Below are positions 11,856 to 25,923 of a stretch of 64,000 nucleotides of DNA, in pieces; the first letter of the stretch is position 1; every line of letters starts with the position of its first letter. The translations under genes and the position numbers were made by a program. The DNA comes from Podarcis vaucheri. Its lineage: Eukaryota. The stretch lies in assembly GCA_965113315.1 (NCBI GenBank), contig OZ220364.1. One strand, 5' to 3'. The notes below the pieces were generated by a model. It had not been told where the DNA came from. It searched no databases and saw nothing but the letters and a program-made list of their open reading frames with translations.

Positions 11856-11945
11856 CTGCTGATCCACTCCCACAGCATCCAATCCATCATACATGATGTC
11901 CACCCACCCATCTTTGGAGGCCAAAACAAACAGAGACATTAAGGC
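11856..11945 (-). CDS. CACNA1G: Cav3.1 exon ~24 (domain III pore) [30 protein letters not shown]
   Basis: 90 nt, ttctag|GCC...CAG|gtacgt; SKDGW aspartate of the T-type EEDD filter; not in the ORF track. Confidence 0.96.
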
Positions 11946-12689
11946 CTAGAAAGGCAAGAGGAAACACAGCATTACATTTAGGCCGGAAGAAAACAATTCC
12001 TTTCAGGTGCCCATCTTCTACTCTGGTCTCCTACCTGCTCAAGTTTAAACTTGCATTTTAGCTTGTTATTCTACCTTGCTGATAAAAATAATGTGCTTTG
12101 ATGCCGAACATCTACCGCCTGCGAAAACCTATCAGTGTCAGACACTGGTCCAACAATGAGGGTTAATTCAAAAAATAGAGACAGCCAGCTCCATTTTCAC
12201 CCTACAGGCTTCCCTCACTCACTTCTAATTAGTTCCTGCCACACTGCTAAAGTATGGATGATTTCCAGTGGACCCTGTAAATGAATAGAGATGTTAGCAG
12301 CCAATTTGGTGCCCTTCATATGCTGTTGGGAATCAACTGCTTACTATTGACCATATTGACTATAACGTGAGTTATAGTCCAGAAACATTTGGAGTGTATC
12401 ACTTAGGCAAGCATTAGGTTGTGCTGAGTACAGGGTGTCAAATTTTCTAGTATGAGGCTTTTTGATAGACATATGTAGTATGATGTGTAATGGGCCAAGA
12501 AGGTGTGAGCCCTTGTCTTAATTCAGAAAGGAACTTGTGCAGACTTACGAACGCTAAAATGGGGGATTTTAAGTGCACATTTTGCGTCTAGGAAATGTGT
12601 CATTTGCCACGGGAGCTGCAAAATCGGCAAGAACACTTAGAATCAGGGAAATAAAGGAGCAAAGAAGCAGATTACCATTCCATTAATAC

Positions 12690-12815
12690 CTGGCCGAGAT
12701 TATCAAAATTATACTTGTGCCGGACCCATTTGTAGCTGGCTTCTGCACAGTCCGACCTGTTGGTAATGTTCCTTGTGTCTTCCCCTTGGCAGACAAAAAA
12801 CTTCCCTTTGAACAA
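12690..12815 (-). CDS. CACNA1G: Cav3.1 exon ~23 [42 protein letters not shown]
   Basis: 126 nt, tcacag|TTG...CAG|gtatta; two N-glycosylation sequons (NIT, NRS). Confidence 0.96.
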
Positions 12816-15800
12816 CTGTGAAAACCAAGAGATGGCAAAATAATTAGCAAATGTGACTTTACAATGCCCGGTCACTGAGATATGTCTGGAGGCTTTTGTC
12901 TGGGTGCCCCCAACTTCAGACACTTGGCATGTGGTCATCAGGGACAGGTCTTACCTGCCCCATTTAAGCCCTGAGGTCTGGCACCAGGCCCCCAATGCTT
13001 TAGTAAATGGTGCTTTGGTCCTGCTGTTTTTATTTATTTTTATTTGCGGTTTTATGCTGCTGTTTTAATTGATTTAATTGGTTTTCCTTCTATTTGTGAG
13101 CTGCCTTCTGAATAATTAAAAGCTGGGACATTTAAATAAAAACCAACAAAAAGGCCCCCAAATCACCACCCAGGGAGCAGCAGATAATGGAGCCAGCTCC
13201 AAACAGGCCTGACATCTGCATCTGTGCTGGCATGGACATGCCAGGGAACACCAGGGCTGATGCTAGTCACTGCAGCATCCTTCCTTCTTATTTTTAACAA
13301 AATATTTTATAGTTAGGAGGTGGCAAGTCAAGCATGTACTTGGTTACAGATGTTCATTTTATTACTCATTCCTTAAAGATATATTATCCTTTTCTAGAAG
13401 AAACGATGCTTTCCCCCAAGTAAATGTGTTTAGCATGAAGCAGCAAAAGCAAACCCCATTTTATTTCTGTAGCCATGATGGTACCATAAAAATGCAAAAC
13501 TGCACAAGTTCAGAGTATTTCTTTTACCAGGGCTAGCAAAAAGGTTTTTCTTTGACTTTGCTCTAGCATATTAGCAATGGAAAAGCAGTTACAAAGCATG
13601 GAATTGCCATGGTGAGAAGAGAAATGTCAACTGTGTCCTTCACAACTAAATTAATACATATGACCAGTGCCTTATAAGACTGTGAAGTCCAGGGTCTAGA
13701 GTTACTTAACGGTCATCACTGACCACTGCATGCCGCAAGAAGAAGTCATCAGGATACAAGTGAAAATGTCTCCACAATAACATTCAAAGTTTTAGGAACT
13801 GATAGAGGAAAAAGCTGATTATTTAGAATGATTTTTAAGAGTTGGCTTGATGGACTTGGAAGGAACAAGCCACCAAATCTTCTTCTTCAAGGGTACTTGG
13901 TTGATGGTGGACTAACTCATGATTTCTGCCCATACACAAAATATTGTACCACGTCCAGTTTTAGCAAGAATATCTTACTCTCTTTGACAGGGACTATACA
14001 ACCCGAACAACCTGGATGGTGCAAACAATGCTGCAAATAACTGCCAGTGGTACCCACACTTTTTATTTGTTTATTATAAATATTTCTCTCCCATATTTCC
14101 ATGAGTCATGCCCAAGGCTAATTTTTGCTACAGATGTGACTCACTGCAGTTCGGCCCCAATGTACAGGAAGCCTGTAGTATACACAAACTCATAAACAAT
14201 TGCCCCCAATCCAGTGAAGATTAAGAGCCATGTGTAATTGGAAGCTTCCACATGAGTGGCTGCTCCTAACTGGAAAGAAATTTCGCCTTTCCAATGCATG
14301 CTGTACATAATTACCTGGGATCATCCAGCAGTCGGGGCCCTATAAATATCCAAGTAGCACTATAATGTAATTGTGCTGAGCATGTTTTCAGGAGATGGAG
14401 GTGGCTAGAGTTGGTCTCCTGTCAATCTGCCTCCCCACCAAACAGAATGCCACAACTGTACCTTCTTTTGCAAGGCACAACCCTGGTGTCTGTGTATGTC
14501 TACTGCTAAATCCGGCCCTGGCTATCATTTCCTCACAGTTCTGACAACTTCTGAATAGCTGCTTGGAAATACATTTCCTACCTTGGATTATTATTTAGGT
14601 TACAAGACAGTATTTGCTTGCTTTTATCCAGTACCAGGGTCCATTTACCCTGCTGACTTCACAGTTATGCCCTTTCATGCTCCTGAAATCACCTTGGGTC
14701 TACACATGCATTTGATCAGACAAAGACATTATTCAGACTACTAGAGGGAGGACTTTTGCACAGACCTTTGCTAGTTAAATCATATACATGGATAAAGAAA
14801 TCAGCTCCTTTTCTAGACCCCAGTTGATTCTATACCTCTGCCTGTAAGTAGAATGAAGGAAAGGCCTCCCATCATTACATTTATTCATTAAATCTGTATC
14901 CTGCCCTTCCTCCCAAAGGAGTCCAACATTTTCTGTGAGATCTCACTCACTCTGTCTAGGACTGCCAGATTTAATAAGGGACAGGTGTTTCACATCTCTT
15001 AAAGTGACAGAAGAATTTTGAAAGGTGCAGCTTCTCCTGCTTGTGCAGTTACACTGGTCGATATTCTGTGGTGCACACAGCCCTTGAAGCACGGGCATCA
15101 CACTGTATTGTGAATCTGGTGACCCCGAGGCATTGACTTCAACAGCGTCAGATACAATTACCAGCAGGGTGAAAGGTATCGAAACCCAGATGATTAATAT
15201 TGTCGCTTTCTCAATGGCAAACAGGAAGCGGCAGAACGTGACAGCTACTATGATGGATGTCAGTGCAGCAGCCTGCATCAGGCTAGGTTGAGACATTTGC
15301 ACTATTTTATTGAGTGACAAAAGTTATTGGCATTATCATGCTGTGCTTCCCTATGGCAAGGTTCGTTTCCCACTGGACTCTTTAAACATCACCTCTTTAT
15401 TTGAACTCGAAAAGAGATGCCAAGCGTTTAGGGCTCTGTTTGAGCAAGCCAAACAATAGAGATCAATGCAAACCCATATATTTCATAGGTGGTGACATTT
15501 AATCTGTTTTTTTTTTAACCTAAGAGTACTATACTTGGGGGGTAGAAGTGTTGAAAAGCACAACACTGGATGCAAACCAAAAATTCATGATTTCCCCCAA
15601 CACAGCATTTTCTGAAAGGCTTAGGGACTAGGGGATCAAGCTACACCCTGTACTTTCCATTATTATATTTCATCACCTCTGTCTCCATGACAGGTTAGTT
15701 ACTAGTGCCTACTCTACAGCAGTTGAAGCAAATATTGGGAACTGCAGCAAGCAAATATGGGGCATTGCAACCAGCACATTAGGGAAGAGATCAAAACAAG

Positions 15801-16787
15801 ATTACTAAATCAGATTTCGGTATCTGGAAAGCGGGAGACTGGAGAGATAAAACTTTAGGTAAATGCTCAGGATGACTTCCAAAAAAATAATGAGACATTT
15901 TATAGTTATAGTGATTAATACAAATTCCAACCTATACATCAAGGCATAGCTCTATAAATAAAATATGAAGAGAACAAATGGGACCACTGGATATTACTAA
16001 GCCATTATAAACTGTGCAATTGATTAAGAAACAAATCACTTGCAATACTACATTAAAGCTGCTAAATGTATCTTGGAGAGCTTACCACACATGTACATGC
16101 AACAGGGAGCTTACAGGCCAGGGAAACAGAACCTCAGGCCCAGGGACCAAATGTGGGCTCTGTTTGGACCTTGGGGTTCCCCCCAACCCATGCACCCCCC
16201 GTCACCAGTCTCATCATGGAGTGTTTCTGCCTGTCTAGAATGAACCCTTGGACTCTGACTATGCCTTTTGGCTGGATGGAGGACACAGACTAGACAAGAG
16301 GCAAAATTCACATGTATTGTTCTGCACACTTTGTCTCTGCCCATTGGCATGTGGGCCCCTGGAAGGTTGCGCAGAAGGGAATGCAAGCCCTCAGGCTCTG
16401 AAAAGGGTAACAACCGTCCATTATAGACTACCAGCCCCCTCCCTCCAAATGTGCTACCGTGATGCTGAAAACACACTTTTGCTTAATGAAACTCACAGCG
16501 GAATGCACAAAAAGTGTACATTTCCTACAAAAAAGGTACAAAACGGTTTTGCAGCTAAAATCAAGTATTTTGACTGCATTTCTAGAAAAAAGTAATTTGT
16601 GAAGCAGCTATGAAACATATGGACTTATTATTTGTTCTATCAGCACCTGTTGAATCTTGCACCTTTCCAGAGGCATATATGGTTGTGAGAGTCTGTGTAT
16701 AGGAAAGTCTCCAATTCCATGCAGCGAATTTGAGCACATGGACCATCTAGTCTATTCTACTTTCAGTGAATCCTGTGCAAAGCCTAC

Positions 16788-16914
16788 CTGGACTCCCAAG
16801 ATGCCAAAAATGATGAAGAAAGCACAGCAGATGACAACAATGTTTCCAATGGGTTTTAGGGATGACATCAGGGTTTCCACCACCAGCTTCAGCCCTTGTG
16901 CTCGGCTAATGACC
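16788..16914 (-). CDS. CACNA1G: Cav3.1 exon ~22 (IIIS5) [42 protein letters not shown]
   Basis: 127 nt, tttcag|G...CAG|gtaggc. Confidence 0.96.
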
Positions 16915-17233
16915 CTGAAAGACAAAACTAGCATGTTAATAGCATCCTAACAACATATCTTTCTTCATTCAAAGGGAGTGGGGGAAAGGCAAGTTGAAGT
17001 AGCAACTAGCTCAAAGACAGGAACTTCAAAAAATAAGTGACTCCAATCTGAAAAGTAAAATGGAACTGAAAATGTGCATTTGGGAGAGCACTTGTGTGAA
17101 TTACAGGATTTTTGTGCTTTTACACAACACACTTATCCCATAGAGATATAAACACAGCAGCATAAATGGGACATCTGAATAGTATTGTCATTTTACAATG
17201 ACCAATTTGTGGCATTTCACCTTAAAACATCTA

Positions 17234-17530
17234 CAGTGGTGCCCCGCAAGACGAATGCCTCGCAAGACGAAAAACTCGCTAGATGAAAGGGTTTTGCGTT
17301 TTTTGAGTCGTTCCGCAAGACAAATTTCCCTATGGGCTTGCTTTGCAAGACGAAACGTCTTGCAAGTTCTTGCGAGTTTGTTTCCTTTTTCTTAAAGCCG
17401 CTAAGCCGTTAATAGCCGCTAAGCCGTTAATAGCCGCTAAGCCACTAACAGCCGTGCTTCGCAAGACGAAAAAACCGCACGACGAAGAGACTCGCGGAAC
17501 GGATTAATTTCGTCTTGCGAGGCACCACTG
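17234..17530. mobile_element. TA-flanked Tigger/pogo-type MITE with internal repeats
   Basis: 22-nt TIRs CAGTGGTGCCCCGCAAGACGAA / TTCGTCTTGCGAGGCACCACTG (1 mismatch), TA TSD, internal GCAAGACGAA and AGCCGCTAAGCCGTTAAT repeats. Confidence 0.9.
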
Positions 17531-17599
17531 TATGTATTTTTGCCATGCTTTCTTCCACACTGCTGTAATAAACCCTGTGCTTTATACGATTGTAATGGC

Positions 17600-18360
17600 C
17601 GCTTACCGTCTTGCAGGTGAGTGGCGGTTGTGGCCCAACGCGGCACCTCCTCTCTCCCCTCGACATGCAGCACCATTTTAGATTGTTTCCCTGTCCCCTC
17701 TGCCACTGCAGAAGCTCACAGGTTCCCACCTAATGAGCCAATCGGCAGCGGCCCGGGGAGGGATGGCCATCTACTTAGCCTGGCTGACCACTCAGCACAG
17801 CATCCAGTTGGCCATGATCGTCGCCCACCCTTCCCCTCCCTTCATTAATAGTTGATTACTGCTCTAACCATTTCTTTTCAGCTAGCTGAGCTTTGCTGTG
17901 ATCTTTTGGTGGTTGCTGTATTCGGAGCTGGGAAGCAATTTCCCCTGCTCGGCAGGTTTCATTTTTCCCATAGCACAACTTTGGCAGTTTAGGCCTTGGG
18001 CGGAATCCTATAGTCTTTCATCCAATCGGGGTGTGGTGAAGTGGTGACTCATCCACCCCCTGTTCCCTAGGGTGGCGTACCCCGTTAGACGGGTCTAGAG
18101 GGAAGTCTCTGTCCAAAGAGCAAAGTGTGTAGGGCTAGCGGGCCATAGAGCTTCCCACAGCGTTTGGGGGCCTGTTGCGTAAACCTGCGTTTTGCGATGG
18201 ATCCACCCCCGAATTGACCCTGTCTTGCCTCAGTTCCCGAGCAAGGGGGTGCGGGGCTGAGAGGGATACACGCCCAATGCCTATGCCAAAGCTTCCTACA
18301 TCTGAAATCAATAAAGTTGTGGCCGTTTAAATCCCAGGTGGTTGTTGTATCCATTCATTT
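17600..18360 (+). mobile_element. GC/CpG-rich interspersed repeat, possibly the terminal region of a DIRS/Ngaro-like or LTR retroelement
   Basis: Abrupt GC and CpG enrichment ending in AATAAAGTTGTGGCC; no coding domain recognised; classification uncertain. Confidence 0.45.
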
Positions 18361-21300
18361 TCCCACTCAGCAGTTAGACGCACCAGGAGAGTGGACTCTG
18401 TGGCTGGGCACACAACCAGTCTTCCAAACAGCCATAGAAATGTGAAGCTAGATGTAAAGAAAGAGCTTTGGCTGAATTTGGGTTATCACTGAATATGGGG
18501 ATTCATCTTTGCTACCACAATGATTTAAAATAAATTACAACAATGAATGAGATGGGTATTCTGAAGCAACTGACAGCTTAGGATTCTCAGAGTACTCATG
18601 GGATAATTTTTGAGAGAAAGAAGAAGAGAAGAAGAATAGTTTGGATTTGATATCCACACCCCCATTGGATGATATCCCGCCTTTTACTCCCTTTAAGGAG
18701 TCTCAAAGCGGATAACATTCTCCTTTCCCTTCCTCCCCCACAACAAACACTCTGTGAGGTGAGTGGGGCTCTGTGAGGTGAGAAAGCTTTCAAGATGCCT
18801 TTAGCTTGACTATTTAAATGCACTGTAATGGAGAAAGGCCATAAGTTATCAAGAGCTGTGACTGCAACATACATTCTTCCCCTTATGGCCCCTGATGACC
18901 AGAACAGTTGACCAAAACTCCAGTTTCTGCAAAAGATGAGGAAAAGTCTATGGTATAATGATGCCAGTGAAGGGCATTGGTTTACAGATTCTGGTTTCAG
19001 ACAATTGAGCTATTGCCCTGAGATCTTGTGATGAAGGGAGGTATATAAATCTAATAAAAATAAATAAAATAGATTTATTTGTGCGTGTGCTGAATTCAGT
19101 TGCCTGTGATGTATCCTGTCAACATGTCTTTAATTTTGCTCAACTTTTAAAAATACAGCAGTAGCCTCAGTAGTGCTTCCCTGGAAACCCCATGCTCCTT
19201 GGCTGAGAAATTAAACTGTATCCCGTTTGACCTCACGGGTAACAATCTAAGCTCCTGTAAACAGAGTCTGGCACTGTATAACCCGTCATCATTCTTCAGA
19301 TGTAGGCCCTGGACAATGGTTCACTTCTGCAAGAAGTTTGAATGTATGGTTTTAATCTAACTCACTGTCACTTGTGGCCTTATTTCCTGACTGGGATTTC
19401 TGAACATTGCTACCCATTTGGAGAAAATCTCTATGTATTCTGCTCTTCGGCAAAGCTTCAGCAGTTTGTATTTTTTTCTGAATACACTGTTATCATTCAC
19501 ATTCTCAAGGTAAAAAGCAAAAATATTTACTTATATTTCTGCTGGTTCCACCAGAAAGGTATCCTTAAATTGATTCAGTGGGGAAATTTTCTCTTTTTTT
19601 GGCCAGCAATAGACAGGGCCAAATCCAGAAGGGGATGGGGCCAAGACTACACACACCAATTAATCTACACAATCCTCCCACTTCACACATCTCTACACCA
19701 ACACACACACACACACAAACTCATTTACTCACATCCATTTATCCCCACACTCCCTCCTCTCATACACATCTCTTCCGTTTCCTTTGCTATGAGTATTATG
19801 GTCTGTTTCTGCACCACCAGCTTGTCCCTGTCCTCTGTTTCACACAAGCAGCCAAGAAGGAGAAATGGGCTTTGGAAGGAGTGGGGCTGCAAGAGAGACC
19901 AACCAGCTGCATGGGGAGGCCTGGCAGGCCATGCTTGGATTGTGCACCAGAGATTCCCCGCCCCAATTTTAATGGATCCACTTCATTTCTTGCAGATTTG
20001 TAGCATGACACTGTCCCTGAAAAAGTGACAGCACCATTATAAATGCACAGTTGGCTTTATGATTTTCAGGGGCCCTGGGTAAGAGACCATCAGTAAGCCC
20101 TGTTAGGCACTGAGCCATAGAGTGTGGAATTTATAAATGGAGAGCACCCCAGAATAATCTAATCAAATTCCTGGAATAAGTGTCATCCCCACAAATTTCT
20201 CTGGAGCATAAAAGTGCCTTAATACCAAATCAGGCATTGGCCCGTTGGTCTGTAGGACTGCCATATACCCGAGATCTTCTTCACCACATGGAGTATATGC
20301 TATCCTAGCCCTTCACTCTCCAAAGAGCATAGTGGAATAACATATCTCCACAGGCTTCACCTTCCACATCTGTGCAGAGCAACTAAAAGTCAGCTTATCA
20401 TTCTCCATGTGGATGACTTCTAATTCTTATAGAACCCCCTCTTTTTTGCTGAAGAAAGAGGTACAAAAGCTTTAAGAAAATAGTTGTCTTTTATAAGTAG
20501 CTTTAAATTCTATATCCAATGATAACAGCAATTCCCTGTGTTTTGTTTGTTCATAACACCGTTGCTTAAAATGCTTTTGCTCTTGACTTTCCTACCTCCA
20601 TTCTGTCATATACATTCCAACTTCCCTGAGTTGAAACTCACTCAGGAAGCCTTGATTGGGACTTTGCACAACTACCACACTAATCAGTGACCTTCAGTGA
20701 TGCAGCACCACTCCTGAATACGGCACAAAATTCCATAACTGCGAATTAGAGTATATTGCTGAAATTGGAGAGAGTGAGCAAGCAATCGATACGTGAGACA
20801 GATGCAAGCAGGAAAACAAAGCAGCTAGAATTACTGCACTGCCTTACCAAGGACAAGTCTTACCAAGGGCAGAACTTTACCCAAGAGAATTAAGAAGAAG
20901 CTTGCTTGCCTTATGTTAGCTACCAAGTCCTTAAGCAATGTCCCCCTAAAAAAAAATTGACCAAAGCAGCTTGCCATGCTTAACAAGCTGGGAGTAAAGT
21001 CTTAAGAATGGATGTGGACATACAGAGTGAACAGTAGTTAATACAAGTACTCTGTTTTACTATTTAGTGGACACTGCATTTGTAAACAAACATAAACTGT
21101 CCTTTGTGGGTGTACACTAAAACAAGTGTAGAGTGAATGTTGTAAAAGCATGGCTCTGAAGCCTTGCTGGAAGTTTTAGTGAACATTTTTCTTTGGTTTA
21201 TTAAGTGCATCCAAGAAGACCTACTTGCCACCCTTGCACAGTCCACCCAATGCATGAAAACCACCTGGACATGAAAAAATTAGAATATCATATGGTGCTT

Positions 21301-21514
21301 TCCTTCATTTTCTCCCAAGGCTGCTTCCCATATTTTGAGTGCATTCCAAAAGTGTTCACTGTGAGTGGGGAAAGCTTTCCTGCAGACATAGCCTGCCCTT
21401 TATCCTCCAAAGCAACCATCCTAGTCCTCAGCTTAGTGTGCTCTGCACTGGCAGCTCCCATCCATGTAGGCAGCTCCACTTTCAAGATCAGCAATAAACT
21501 AGCATTCCTGCCTA

Positions 21515-22290
21515 TTTATTTTAGTTACTTTATACCATGCAGTTCAAAGAAACTTCCCAGGAGCAGATTATAATCAAAACAGAAATAAAATAATACCATA
21601 GAAAAGAATGACAGGTATACAATAAAAACAAGAACAGAAGCTAAAAGAGCAGGTTACAGAACAGTATAAATACCAAACACTCGAAATAAAACCCAGTTAA
21701 AATGCCTGGGAGAATAAAAATGATGCCAGTAGGTACCAGGCACGTTTTTGTTTTTTCCCCTGGAGAGAGAATTCTACAACCAGGGCCCACTGAATCTGTG
21801 ATGGCAGGGCCATCCAAAAGTGATGGCCTTCGAAAATGACCTTGACTGATAAAGAAGAATAAGATTCATCATGCAACTTGGACCTAAGCCATTAAGGGCT
21901 TTAGGAGTTAAGAACTTAACTGAACTCAGAACAAGACAAGGATCCAGTGCAATTAACGAAGCACTGGCATTTTGTGACCATTGCATCTGGTTCTAGTTAG
22001 CAATCTAGCAGCTGTATTTTGAACTAATGGTACTTTCCAAACTCTTTTCAAAGGCAGCCACACATATAACACATTACCGAAGTCTAACCTGGAAGTTACC
22101 AAAACATGGATGACTGAGGCTCAGCTATCTCTATCCAGAAAGGATCGGAGTTGGCATGCCAGCTGCATCTGGTAGAAGGCATTCAATGCGACTGTGGTCA
22201 ACTGTGCCTCCAGTGACAAAGCAGGATCTAGGCGCAACCCATACATTCCTCCTATAGTGGGAGTGCCACCCTACCTGGACAAGAGTCACT
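21515..22290 (-). mobile_element. Old L2 LINE remnant
   Basis: Degenerate KALNGLGP and TSRLD motifs on the minus strand, with an L2-like 3' end near 21520. Confidence 0.6.
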
Positions 22291-22379
22291 ATCTTTGGAG
22301 TAATGGGCAGCATCACACTTGAACACTAGCTTAGAGCTGGGACTGGAAGTCTCTCCCCCCCCATTCTATCCTTAGCTCA

Positions 22380-22510
22380 AGGATGGGGAAATGGTGGACA
22401 TCCATATGTTGTAGGACTCCAACTCCTATCATCCCTGACCACTTGCTATGTTGGCTAGGATTCATGGGAGTTGAACAACATCCAGAGAACCAAAGGTTTC
22501 CCATTCCTGC
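22380..22510. mobile_element. Small hairpin MITE of an abundant squamate family (related copies at ~7972, 12300, 27992, 29830, 49270)
   Basis: Imperfect inverted structure with the ccagatgttg..ggact.caactcccatcatcc core recurring through the window. Confidence 0.6.
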
Positions 22511-25367
22511 CTAAATCAGCTAAGTCCACAACTAATTGGTACTCCATATATAAAAGCAGCCCTGACCCAGACAATGTTGCAGCAATTGTCCTTAATCCTT
22601 CACTAGGGTTCTCTCCCTTTTCCTTCAGATATTTTACCTTACAAGGCCCTCCAGGCTGTGCTCTTCCCATTTTCCTTTGTCCTCCCCTTACTGTCCCAGT
22701 GGTTGAGGGCTGCACTCTCCTTTGCCAGCCCTTTGCATCCAGGTCTTATTAGAGTAGCTCCTGTTGAGGGTCTTCATTTCATGTCTCCCTCTGAGACTTC
22801 TGCACAATGTCTCCTTCCTCCTTTTCTCATCTTTTTTATATTAAAAAAACCCTATTTGTCACACTCACCTCTGATATGCCTACTCATTTTTAGCTGGAGC
22901 CAATCACAAGTCAGTCTTCAATCACAAGAGTACTCCTGCTAATAAAATTAGTCATGCTTAACACTAGGCGTGATCTGTAGTGTTCTAGTGAACTATTTAA
23001 AGCAGGTATGTCCCTAAACGCTGGAAGCAGGAAACTACAACACAGATTTTATTGCTCGCCACTGCCTCTCACTAAATCCCCGTGTACAATAATAGAAATA
23101 TCACTTTCCAATCTCCATTATTTTCCCTGAGCAATTAGAACAAGAATTTACACAGACGACTGCTTTTGCTTTTTGTTAATAATAGAATGTTGTATTCTCT
23201 TCATTTTTTTAAAAAAAGGAAGCAGATGGATGATCTTTATATAACTCCTCCAGCAAATAAACACACCACATACATACACATACAGCGAATGGATTGCTTT
23301 CTGCAAGCCCAGTCCAGGTAGAGGTTAATATGGATGTGCGTGTGGCCGTGGTGTGATGGCCACCAAGGATGTGAGCCATGTGTGCCCTGCCACATGGCAA
23401 ACCTTGTGTAAAGCCTTGGACACATAGTTTCTGGCCAACAAAGCTTGCACAACCTCCAAGGCTTTGCTGGCGCGGTTAAAACTGGCTTGAATCACAAGGG
23501 CAGCGCTTCACACAAACGACATACCATGTGGAGAAGTGCCCATATGGTTTGCATCCGTTGCGGACACCACATCACAGAGTGCATGTATGAAGTGGCGCCT
23601 CTTTGGATAAAAAGGGAGGCGTGTTTGTCTAAGCTGTTTCCTTTTGGTAGCGAAGAGTACAGTTACACTTGGTGCTAGGGTGGGGGAAGATTTGGATGTG
23701 TGCAGGCATGTTTTGATGAAAGGCTGGACAGGGATTCTTCTGTCATTCCCTTGGCTCTATTCTCTAGTCTGCTTCACCATTTCCCCACCAGATCTACCTT
23801 CTTCTGTATTTTTCATTGGCGTGGGAAGGGGCCCCCCTGCAAATTCCTTGAAGTAGACTATATAATGAAAAACAACCACATCCAAATGTTGCAATATGCA
23901 TTATGTAAGTTGCACTATTTATTCCGGGCACCAAAACCACATTTGGATTACTTGGTGCAAAAACGTGCACAGCTTTGGCTTAAAAACCTCTCTGTCGTTT
24001 CCTCCTCAGCTTCAATGCTAATGCAGTTCTCATGTCTTCAGGAAACAAAAATGTAAAGACTTTTACAGAATACAACTAATCCCTAATCACTGAAAGAGGG
24101 CAACATGTTTTTGCTTAAGGGCTCCAGGGACCCTTAATGGTAAAATCAGCAGGGCTTTTTGGCTCTAAATTAATAGTGTGGTGGATCAGAGACCACGGAG
24201 GTGGTAGGCAGGAACAGAAGCTCAGTGGTATCCAAGAGGTTGTGGGTGGGTGGGGGGCAGCAGCTGAGGCTGACTAGAGGTAGCACTAATATTTGGGAAT
24301 GGGGATGCTGCATTCCTGTAGATCAGGAATGTGATCTAGCTCTCCATGCAGAGAACCCATCCATTTCAGCTACCTGAGGCTGTAGTGAGAATGGTTTTAA
24401 GCTAGTGTCAAGTGCATGACAAATGAAGAAAATTGAAGTCAGGGCATGTGTTACTCCCCCTTCCAAAACATACCTCCCCATCTAATCCCTGGAGTATTTC
24501 CCAGTTCTGCTAGCCTCAGCAGTCTCGATTCTTTCTGCTAAACTTGCACCATGCAGACAGCTCCATCCTAAACACCTGTCAGTCTCATATCTGCTGGAAC
24601 ACGTTTGCCAGCTTTAAGCCTACTAGTCCGATCAGAGCACTTGTCACAAAGTGAGGGAAATTCAGATTTGCCTTCAACACTCAGAGAAGTGTTAATATGA
24701 TAGAAAAGAGCCACGAAAAATGACTTGTAGCGTAGTGTTATGAAGAGTGAATAATTCATACATCTATTTTGGAAGCCAAAGCCAGGACAGAATAGTATTC
24801 AACCCCCTCCCCCCCCCCCAATTATTCTGAATACATTTTAAATGTTGGTTTCTCTTATATTTGATCCTGGCAATAGCAGCCAGGAAAAAAAAATAGTTGC
24901 AAGTAATCCAGATTTACAAGGGGCTGGTGGATTACTACAATGTGTTATACATGGGGCTAACTGTGGAAACAGTCTGGAAAGTCAGCTGTTCCAATATAGG
25001 GCAGTGAGAATATTAACTATCACATCAGGACTTTAACATCTGCAATGGCTTCAATATATTTCTGTGCTGAATTCAAGGTGCTAATATTATTCTTTAATCT
25101 CCTAAATGGCTTGGGGCCATGCTACTGGAAGGTTCACCTTTTTCTGCATATGCCTCAAGATCTTCATTAGAGGTTGTACTCTAGATGCCTCCACTAAATG
25201 AGATGTGTGGTTACTAAGGAGCAGGCCTTTTGCCTGATACTGACACTGTGGTCTTTCCAGCACCAGGTAAAGTTATTTTAATTTTGCAAAAAAAAAAAAA
25301 AAATGATTTTTTTTTAGTTATATGCATCTTAGGTATTTCACAATAATTATTCCGCCCCCCTAATGAT

Positions 25368-25538
25368 TGGCTGTAGCTCAACAGTAGAGCATCTTCTTTG
25401 TATTTAGAACGTCCCATGCTCAATTCCCAGCATCTCTAGGTAGGGCTGGGTGAGGCCCCCTGAAGAGCTTCTATCGGTCTGTGTGGACAACACTGAGCAT
25501 GATGGACGAATAGAGATTCAGTAGGAAGTTCCCTATGA
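25368..25538 (+). mobile_element. Decayed tRNA-derived SINE (Squam3-like)
   Basis: ggctgtagctcaacagtagagc tRNA-like head followed by a CR1-like tail. Confidence 0.6.
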
Positions 25539-25576
25539 TCTTTTATTGGCTGCACTGATATTGTTGTTAATACATA

Positions 25577-25923
25577 AAGGTAAAGGTAAAGGGACCCCTG
25601 ACCATTAGGTCCAGTTGTGGCAGACTCTGGGGTTGTGGCGCTCATCTCGCTTTATTGGCCGAGGGAGCCAGCATACAGCTTCCGGGTCATGTGGCCAGCA
25701 TGACTAAGCCGCTTCTGGCGAACCAGAGCAGCGCATGGAAACACCGTTTACCTTCCCGCCGGAGCGATACCTATTTATCTACTTGCACTTTGATGTGCTT
25801 TTGAACTGCTAGGTTGGCAGGAGCAGGGAGCTCCCCCCCCCCATCGCGGGGATTCGAACCGCTGACCTTCTGATTGGCAAGTCCTAGGCTCTGTAGTTTA
25901 ACCCACAGCGCCCCCCGTGTCCC
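25577..25923 (-). mobile_element. Full-length Sauria SINE
   Basis: (ACCTTT)n tail, B-box GGTTCGAATCC (25850-25860), 12-bp TSD TGTTAATACATA at 25565-25576 and 25924-25935. Confidence 0.92.

Noticed and set aside
14943-15320. 125-aa minus ORF with a locally CpG-richer block, also open on the plus strand
   Set aside because: No homology or matching splice sites recognised; it may be a conserved non-coding element, but the sequence alone cannot support that.
17396-17470. Regularly spaced short repeats superficially like a CRISPR array
   Set aside because: They are tandem internal repeats of a MITE without unique spacers, in a vertebrate intron.
19342-20028. Longest ORF in the track (228 aa, plus strand)
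   Set aside because: It runs through a (CA)n low-complexity tract and decayed repeat sequence, has no recognisable domain and is antisense within an intron; likely chance.
25850-25923. tRNA-like A/B boxes
   Set aside because: They belong to the Sauria SINE head, not a tRNA gene.
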